From NCBI GenBank assembly GCA_050953525.1, contig JBMNMW010000004.1, forward strand, positions 1,539 through 65,538: DNA of 64,000 bases. The letters are read 5' to 3'. Positions 57,295 to 64,000 of this stretch are shown here, piece after piece. How positions within the stretch are numbered: position 1 is the stretch's first letter; each line of letters starts with the position of its first letter. The notes under the pieces are model-generated. The model saw only the letters and a program-made list of their open reading frames with translations, ran no database searches and was not told the DNA's origin. Both the position numbers and the translations under genes were made by a program. Source of the stretch: Candidatus Brevefilum sp. (GTDB taxonomy: Bacteria > Chloroflexota > Anaerolineae > Anaerolineales > Anaerolineaceae).

Positions 57295-57520
57295 TGGCTC
57301 CTCAAATAAATCTAGCTTGTTTTCTGTTTCGCGTAATTGCGGGTGTGAATGAATTTTCGTCGATTTTACCATACCTCCGAAAGATTATCCAGTGTAAAGG
57401 TCAGCTAATGTTATGTTTCTCAGGCAGGTTGTCAGCAGATCTCAAGATGGAATTATAATACTGTTTTGTGGAACAATTTATCGAGACATGGCAGAAAATT
57501 AGTTAATTTTGGAGGTGTAG

Positions 57521-58450
57521 ATGAAGCAGATCGTTATAGATTGTGATCCGGGCATTGATGATGCTCAGGCCATTATGATGGCTGGTATGCACCCTGATGT
57601 AAGGATCAGGGCGATCACAGCGGTTGCTGGAAATGTCGATGTTGACAGGACGACGGCGAATGTCTTGAAAATCTTAGATGTTCTTGAAAGCGATCCGATC
57701 CCTGTATACCAGGGGGCAGCCAGTGCATTGGTTGAAACAAGACGCGATGCGAGCCTTTATCATGGCGAGGATGGTCTGGGAGGCGCAGGATTGCCTCAAT
57801 CTACCCGTTCGGTGGAACCCATACCGGCAGCGTTGGGCTTAATCGAAATGGGGAAGCGTCATCCCGGTGAATTGGAATTGATTGCCCTTGGACCTCTCAC
57901 CAATCTTGCACTGGCGCTCAGACTCGATCCCGATTTGCCAACAAGGTATAAAAACTTGATCATCATGGGCGGTGCCTATCTTGCTCAGGGAAACACACCC
58001 AATTTCCCGGCTGAATTCAATATTTTTGCTGATCCCGATGCCGCCGCGGTTGTGTTTGAATGTTGGCATGGTTTGACGATGGTCTCGTGGGAGTTAACGG
58101 TGGACAACGCAATCCCCTTTGCTGACATTCTGAAATTTACAGAAAAACCAAATCTCCGCAGTAAATTTCTAAAACAAACCATGGATTATTCCTACGAAGT
58201 GCTGATGGAAACTTTCAGTCGTGAAGTTTTTTATTCTGCCGATGCAATTGCGATGGCTGTGATGATCGAGCCAGATATCGTCGAATACGCTGAAGAACGA
58301 TATGTGCAAATTGAACGATGTGGACTTTTGACCCGAGGGATGACCGTCGTTGATTGGACAGAGCGGGCAGGGCAAGCAGCCAATGTCAATATTGTGAGGA
58401 AAATTAATTATCAACAGTTTTTCCGATTGTTTTCCAACGCTTATTTATGA
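57521..58450 (+). CDS. Nucleoside hydrolase (IU-NH family)
   Basis: IDCDPGIDDA, VAGN, HG.DGLG, LIALGPLTNLA, AEFNIFADP.AA. Confidence 0.92.
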   Translation: MKQIVIDCDPGIDDAQAIMMAGMHPDVRIRAITAVAGNVDVDRTTANVLKILDVLESDPIPVYQGAASALVETRRDASLYHGEDGLGGAGLPQSTRSVEPIPAALGLIEMGKRHPGELELIALGPLTNLALALRLDPDLPTRYKNLIIMGGAYLAQGNTPNFPAEFNIFADPDAAAVVFECWHGLTMVSWELTVDNAIPFADILKFTEKPNLRSKFLKQTMDYSYEVLMETFSREVFYSADAIAMAVMIEPDIVEYAEERYVQIERCGLLTRGMTVVDWTERAGQAANVNIVRKINYQQFFRLFSNAYL

Positions 58451-58627
58451 GCGCTGAATTGATTGAAAGTCCAGAATAATGAGGTAAATGATATCAATAG
58501 CGATGTAAGCAATAAATTGGACTGATGTGAAATTGATTTCTTAGTATAATTGAACCTTAATAGCAATCACATGGCCTTCCTGTGATCGAAAATTAACAGT
58601 ATCTGATTGGTGAGAGATTAGGAGGAT

Positions 58628-60373
58628 ATGTTGGGCATTCAGCAAAAAACAATATATGGAATTCCTGCAGCGCCCGGATTAACCCATGGTAAAACCGTTA
58701 TATTAAAAAAGGTAGAACTGGTCGTACCTGAATATGGTGTAAAAGACATCAGCAAAGAGATTGAACGGCTTGATCGTGCGATTGAAATCAGCCAAGACGA
58801 AATTCATGCATTGAAAGCTACGCTGATTGATGAGGTCAAAGGGAATGAAGCTGAAATATTTGAGGCGCATTGGATGTTTCTGGAAGATGAGGCGCTGGTC
58901 GGGATGGCAAAACAAGCCATAGAGCAAGGCGTTAATGCTGAAAAGGGGTGGATGGATGCCGTAGATTATTATGCCCAGATGATGGAGCAGATCCCGGATG
59001 AAACGCTGAGCGCCAGAGCAGCTGATATTCGTGATGTGGGTCAGCGAGTGTTAAGTCATTTGTTAGGTGTTAAGCTCAAACAAAAAGAACTGTCTGAGCC
59101 ATCTATCGTTGTTGCTGTGGATTTGTTGCCCTCCGACACCGTGAGCCTGAACAAAGACTTTGTGCTTGCCTTCTGTACAGCGGAAGGCGGACCGACCTCG
59201 CACACTGCTGTCCTTGCCAAAACTTTTGGTTTTCCAGCCGTTGTCGGATTGGGTCAGGACATTCTTGAGCTGCCTGAAGGAACCATGGTGCTGGTTGATG
59301 GAACCAAAGGCGTGGTTGTCGTTAATCCAGACGAAGAAACCCAAATAACTTTCATCACACAAGAAACTTCGCAAAAAAACCATCAGGAAGAAGCCCGGTT
59401 AGCGGCTCAGGAACCTGCATTAACGGCTGATAATGAGCGTGTGGAAATCGCTGCAAACATTGGAGGTGAACAGGACGCACCATTTGGGATCAAGTATGGC
59501 GCTGAAGGTGTGGGGCTTTTCCGAACAGAATTTCTTTACCTTGACCGGAAATCATTGCCCACAGAAGAAGAGCAGGTTGAAGCATACGTGTCGGTTTTCA
59601 AGCACTATCCAAATATGCCCGTGGTCGTGAGAACACTGGATATTGGTGGGGATAAGGTCATTCCATATCTGAAATTCCCGCAAGAAATGAACCCTTTCCT
59701 GGGTTGGCGTGGCATTCGTATGATGGATGGCGAAGAAGAATTGTTTTTGAATCAATTTCGGACGCTTTTGCAGGCAGGGGAACTTGCGGACGTTGATTTA
59801 CGGATTATGATGCCGATGGTCGCTTGTATCAGAGAAGTCCGTGAAGGAAAGGCGCTTCTTGAAAAGGCAAAAACCCAATTAATCCAGGAAGGAAAACCCT
59901 GCAAACAAACGGTTCAACTTGGCATCATGGTTGAAGTGCCCTCCGCCGCGTTGTTGGCAGACCAGCTAGCTAAAGAAGTGGATTTTTTCAGCATTGGAAC
60001 CAATGATTTAACACAATATACCATGGCGGTTGACCGGACGAACAGCAAAGTCGCACATATTGGCAATCCTTTTAACCCTGCTGTACTGCGGTTGATCAAA
60101 ATGACGATTGATAACGCTCATGCACAGGCCAAATGGGTTGGTATGTGCGGTGAAATGGCTGGTGAACCGATTGCTGCTCCCATATTGCTTGGGCTTGGGC
60201 TGGATGAATTCAGTATGGCGCCCACAAGGATCCCCGAGATTAAAATGATTATGCGGGCTTTGCACAAGGAGGATTGTCAGCAATTAGCAAAGGATGTCCT
60301 GGAAAGCTGTGAAGCGAATGAAGTTATTGCACTGAGTAAAGCGTTTTTAAGCAACCTGGGTTTTGATTATTAA
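58628..60373 (+). CDS. ptsI: PEP-protein phosphotransferase (Enzyme I)
   Basis: GGPTSHTAV (phospho-His), GVGLFRTEFL, VRTLDIGGDK, NPFLGWRGIR, FFSIGTNDLTQY, GMCGEMAG. Confidence 0.96.
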   Translation: MLGIQQKTIYGIPAAPGLTHGKTVILKKVELVVPEYGVKDISKEIERLDRAIEISQDEIHALKATLIDEVKGNEAEIFEAHWMFLEDEALVGMAKQAIEQGVNAEKGWMDAVDYYAQMMEQIPDETLSARAADIRDVGQRVLSHLLGVKLKQKELSEPSIVVAVDLLPSDTVSLNKDFVLAFCTAEGGPTSHTAVLAKTFGFPAVVGLGQDILELPEGTMVLVDGTKGVVVVNPDEETQITFITQETSQKNHQEEARLAAQEPALTADNERVEIAANIGGEQDAPFGIKYGAEGVGLFRTEFLYLDRKSLPTEEEQVEAYVSVFKHYPNMPVVVRTLDIGGDKVIPYLKFPQEMNPFLGWRGIRMMDGEEELFLNQFRTLLQAGELADVDLRIMMPMVACIREVREGKALLEKAKTQLIQEGKPCKQTVQLGIMVEVPSAALLADQLAKEVDFFSIGTNDLTQYTMAVDRTNSKVAHIGNPFNPAVLRLIKMTIDNAHAQAKWVGMCGEMAGEPIAAPILLGLGLDEFSMAPTRIPEIKMIMRALHKEDCQQLAKDVLESCEANEVIALSKAFLSNLGFDY

Positions 60374-60638
60374 CAGCTGATCAAACATTTTAATAAAAAA
60401 GTCAGCAAGCCCGGATACTATGTGTAAACAAAACAGAAGTTGTTTGAAACGATTGAAATAAAATAGACAATCAATTGCAGAACTGAGGACTTTTTTAAAT
60501 AATCTAAAATTAAGTTAAAATAGGGTAAATAAACAGAAAGTGGTCTTTTTTATGATGGTCCACCTGGTTGGTCAGTGAGAAATTTGGTTGAACGCTTTGG
60601 CGAGCTCAATCAATTTGGAACTTTCTAATTTAGTTGAC

Positions 60639-60659
60639 CATTTGATCAAATGATATACT
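60639..60659 (+). promoter_or_regulatory. 14-bp palindrome CATTTGATCAAATG abutting an extended -10 (TGaTATACT) upstream of the sugar ABC operon
   Basis: Read directly; the operator role is inferred. Confidence 0.4.
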
Positions 60660-60700
60660 GGAACTTGTTCGATTAATAATTTTGGGATGGTGGAGAGATA

Positions 60701-62221
60701 ATGAGTGTTCCAATCCTCGAAATGAAGAACATCACAAAGCGTTTCCCAGGTGTCACTGCCCTTGACGACGTTAGCTTTAAAGTGGAACGCGAACAAATTC
60801 ACTGCCTGGTAGGGGAAAATGGAGCCGGCAAGTCAACATTGATGAAGGTGTTGAGCGGGGTACATCCGTATGGATCTTATGAAGGGGAAATTTACATCGA
60901 CAGTGAATTACAGCAATATAAGAGCACCCGTGACAGCGAAGAAGCGGGAATTGCAGTCATCTACCAGGAATTAGCCCTTGTCCCCGAAATGACTGTGTAT
61001 GAAAATGTCTTTTTGGGGCATGAGATCCGTAAAGGGATTAATGTTGACATCAATGAAACCATCAAACAAACCATTGATGTCCTGGAACGGGTCGGGCTTG
61101 ATGTAAACCCCTCAACAAAGATTAAACACCTTGGCATTGGTAAACAGCAGCTTGTTGAAATTGCAAAAGCGCTCAGCCGCAAAGCCAAATTGCTGGTTTT
61201 GGATGAGCCAACGTCAGCTTTGAATGAAACAGACAGTGAAAATTTGTTGGAATTGCTCCGGTCTCTGAAGAAACGGGGCGTCACTTCAATCCTGATCTCT
61301 CATAAACTGCAGGAAGTGATCGCCATTGCGGATAAGGTGACCATTCTGAGAGATGGTCAGAGCGTGACCACATTGGACTCAACTAACGGCGAGGTCAACG
61401 AAGACGTGTTGATTAAACACATGGTCGGGCGTTCTATTGAGAACATTTACCCGCCAAGACCCGAAAACCCTCGCGATGAAGTGATATTTGAGGTTCGAAA
61501 TTGGAATGCTTATGACCCGGTAAGAGAAAGAAAAATTCTTGATAATATCTCAATCAAATTGAAAAAGGGCGAAGTTCTGGGAATAACAGGCCTGATGGGT
61601 GCTGGGCGTACGGAGCTGGCATTAAGCCTGTTTGGCAACCCGACTGAATTTCAAATTGATGGGGAGATGCTCTTGCACGGGACTCCTGTCAGGTTTGCAC
61701 ATCCACAAGACGCGATCAAGGCTGGTTTGGTTTACGCAACAGAGGATCGGAAAGGTGATGGGTTAATTCTGATTCAGGATGTGAAATCAAACATCACGAT
61801 TGCCAACCTGAAACAGATTGTCGAATACGGCGTCATTGATGCCAATGCTGAAATTCGAGATGCTCGTGAATATGTCGATTCCCTTGATATTCGAACCCCA
61901 AGCATTGAGCAGAAAGTTTTATATTTGAGTGGGGGTAATCAGCAGAAAGTCTCGCTTGCGAAGTGTTTGTACGTTCAACCGGAGATTATGATCCTGGATG
62001 AACCAACGCGAGGGATTGATGTGGGAGCAAAATACGAGATATTTACAATTATGAATCGTTTGGTAGAACAAGGTAAGAGCATCATTATGATTTCTTCGGA
62101 ATTGCCCGAGATTCTCGGTATGGCAGATCGGATCTATGTCGTTTCATCCGGGCGGATCACAGGGGAATTGATTGCCTCCGAGGCTGATCAGGAATCAATC
62201 ATGAGATATGCAACAATGTGA
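60701..62221 (+). CDS. gguA: Monosaccharide ABC transporter tandem ATPase (GguA/XylG type)
   Basis: GENGAGKSTLMKVLSGV.P.GSYEGEI, LDEPT twice, LSGGNQQKV. Confidence 0.8.
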   Translation: MSVPILEMKNITKRFPGVTALDDVSFKVEREQIHCLVGENGAGKSTLMKVLSGVHPYGSYEGEIYIDSELQQYKSTRDSEEAGIAVIYQELALVPEMTVYENVFLGHEIRKGINVDINETIKQTIDVLERVGLDVNPSTKIKHLGIGKQQLVEIAKALSRKAKLLVLDEPTSALNETDSENLLELLRSLKKRGVTSILISHKLQEVIAIADKVTILRDGQSVTTLDSTNGEVNEDVLIKHMVGRSIENIYPPRPENPRDEVIFEVRNWNAYDPVRERKILDNISIKLKKGEVLGITGLMGAGRTELALSLFGNPTEFQIDGEMLLHGTPVRFAHPQDAIKAGLVYATEDRKGDGLILIQDVKSNITIANLKQIVEYGVIDANAEIRDAREYVDSLDIRTPSIEQKVLYLSGGNQQKVSLAKCLYVQPEIMILDEPTRGIDVGAKYEIFTIMNRLVEQGKSIIMISSELPEILGMADRIYVVSSGRITGELIASEADQESIMRYATM

Positions 62222-62231
62222 GGAAAATAAG

Positions 62232-63416
62232 ATGTCATTCTTTAAAGAACTATTCAAACTGCTTAAGAATAATATTCGCGATTATGGGATGTTTATTGCC
62301 TTGTTTGTGATCATGACTTATTTTTCAATTGCAACGAAAGGTATTTTTATTTCATCTCGTAATATCAGCAACCTGATGAACCAGATGGGTTACATTGCTG
62401 TCCTTTCAATTGGCGTCACACTGGTAATCGTTATCCGTCACATCGACCTTTCTGTTGGATACCTTGCTGGATTTCTTGGCGCTGTGGCAGCAATTGCGCT
62501 GACGGCGTGGGGATTAAATATTTGGCTGGTCATTCCTCTTGTCTTGATGATTGGTGTTCTGGCGGGACTTATCTCTGCCGTAACGATTGCCCGGTTCGGG
62601 ATCCCTTCTTTTGTGGCAACGCTGGCGGGTTGGTTGATCTATCGAGGGGCTCTTCTTCAAGCGACTTTGAAAACCGGGACGATTGTGATCCCAAATAAAG
62701 CATTTAATGCGATTGGAAATGGTTACATTCCCGATATATCCCTTGGAGGATTCCTTCCCGGAATTCATAAATTAACCTTGTTGCTTGGCTTTATTGCCAC
62801 AATTTTGATGGTTGCTTCAGAGATAAGCAGTCGCAAAAAAAAGATGTCGTATAACTTTGAAGTTTTATCCCGAAACATGTTTGCTGTCACATTGTTATTT
62901 ACCATTGTTCTGATTGGCGTTATCACATATATCCTTGCTGGCTACAATGGCCTTTCATGGACAACCGTGATTGTTTTGGGGGTAACCTTGATTTATCACT
63001 TCCTAACAACTCAAACCTTTTTGGGCCGGCATATCTATGCTGTCGGAGGTAATCCGGAAGCAGCAGAATTAAGCGGAATCAGCGTTAACAAGATCACTTA
63101 TGTCGTGTTTGGCTCGATGGGGATGCTCACCGCTTTGTCGGGGATGTTGTATGCCTCACGTTTGCAATCGGCAACCACTACTGCCGGAATGGGATTTGAA
63201 CTGGATGCAATTGCTGCGGCTTATGTAGGTGGCGTCTCTTCAGCAGGCGGCGTTGGTAAAGTCACCGGTTCCTTGATTGGTGCGATTGTGATGGCTTCCC
63301 TGACGAATGGCATGAATCTGATGGGTATCGATATATCAACCCAGTACATGGTTCGAGGGGCTGTTCTTGTCCTGGCTGTGATATTTGATGTGGCGACGAG
63401 AAAACGACGGTTATAA
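62232..63416 (+). CDS. gguB: Monosaccharide ABC transporter permease (GguB/XylH type)
   Basis: NIRDYGM.IAL, IDLSVG, GRHIYAVGGNPEAA.LSGI, FELDAIAA..VGG.S..GG.G. Confidence 0.8.
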   Translation: MSFFKELFKLLKNNIRDYGMFIALFVIMTYFSIATKGIFISSRNISNLMNQMGYIAVLSIGVTLVIVIRHIDLSVGYLAGFLGAVAAIALTAWGLNIWLVIPLVLMIGVLAGLISAVTIARFGIPSFVATLAGWLIYRGALLQATLKTGTIVIPNKAFNAIGNGYIPDISLGGFLPGIHKLTLLLGFIATILMVASEISSRKKKMSYNFEVLSRNMFAVTLLFTIVLIGVITYILAGYNGLSWTTVIVLGVTLIYHFLTTQTFLGRHIYAVGGNPEAAELSGISVNKITYVVFGSMGMLTALSGMLYASRLQSATTTAGMGFELDAIAAAYVGGVSSAGGVGKVTGSLIGAIVMASLTNGMNLMGIDISTQYMVRGAVLVLAVIFDVATRKRRL

Positions 63417-63951
63417 AATGAATTGTAAATAATTTACAGATAATGATGCTGTTTTTATCCTTATCATCCTGAGAGTTTTTTCGAAAATGACAAGGTAAGT
63501 CGACTTTTATTTTTCTCAAACACTTATTCCACACCGGTTGAGCGGTTTTAACTAAATATTTCCTGGCAACAAACTTCAAAGAAATGCTATATTCCATACC
63601 CTGATAATTTCCAGTATGGAATAAATAATTTTTTAAATCGAATTAATGCCGAGGAGTATTTCTTTTATAATCGATATTACAACGATAGAGAAAATTTATC
63701 TTTCAATCATAAATCGATATTAATTTCTGACCTTGCATAAAAATGCTTGTTTTAAATAATCTCACATAACGGGTAAAAAATTAACTGTATGAGGAGGTGA
63801 GTGAATATCGAATAGAAACTAACTCATTTAAGGTTTGAGTGCTTATCCTTTTTGGGAGAGGTAGCTCAAAAGAAGTGGTTCGAATAATTGACAAAGATGA
63901 TTTGCGATTGAAATATATTTAGACTGGGTAGTTATAAGGAGAGAATAAGAA

Positions 63952-64000
63952 ATGAAAATTAAGTTGTATGTGATTAGCGCACTGGTCATACTGAGTCTCA
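63952..64000 (+). CDS. 5' end of a probably secreted protein (possibly the sugar-binding protein), truncated by the window edge
   Basis: AAGGAG RBS; MKIKLYVISALVILSL looks like a signal peptide. Identity is inferred from context only. Confidence 0.5.
   Translation, partial: MKIKLYVISALVILSL

Noticed and set aside
682-63597. The many 60-140 aa ORFs overlapping long genes on other frames or strands
   Set aside because: They are shadows of well-supported genes, with no motifs or RBS.

Overview
A 64-kb bacterial chromosomal window. Gene style and content suggest Chloroflexota, probably Anaerolineae; this is inference, not a database result. About 49 kb (2.0-51.1 kb) is one large cell-surface glycan locus. 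Its + strand arm carries a WbpD/E/B/A/I-type UDP-2,3-diacetamido-uronic acid pathway, DUF354 and glycosyltransferases. Its - strand arm reads, in transcription order: Thr/Pro-repeat surface protein with a C-terminal sorting signal, sortase-like lipoprotein, wzm, wzt, rmlC/B/A/D, GTs and sulfotransferase-like proteins, four GT-C (PMT/DUF2142-like) membrane transferases, a tandem esterase, MBOAT, two DHHW proteins, an acetate-adenylating enzyme, ACP, two methyltransferases, Wzx and GT2. The left flank has tRNA-Gly(CCC), an apparently truncated SRP-like RNA, an OsmC protein with a Rex-like box and a GarR-type reductase. The right flank has apgM, AmrS, an RpoD-family alternative sigma factor, MscS, a radical SAM protein, HPr/EI, a nucleoside hydrolase and a GguAB-type sugar ABC transporter. 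I found no transposases, integrases, phage genes or CRISPR arrays. The best candidate for an undescribed system is the divergent sortase plus its mucin-like QPAGG substrate, sitting directly ahead of a glycan export, GT-C and ACP-dependent O-acylation cluster.
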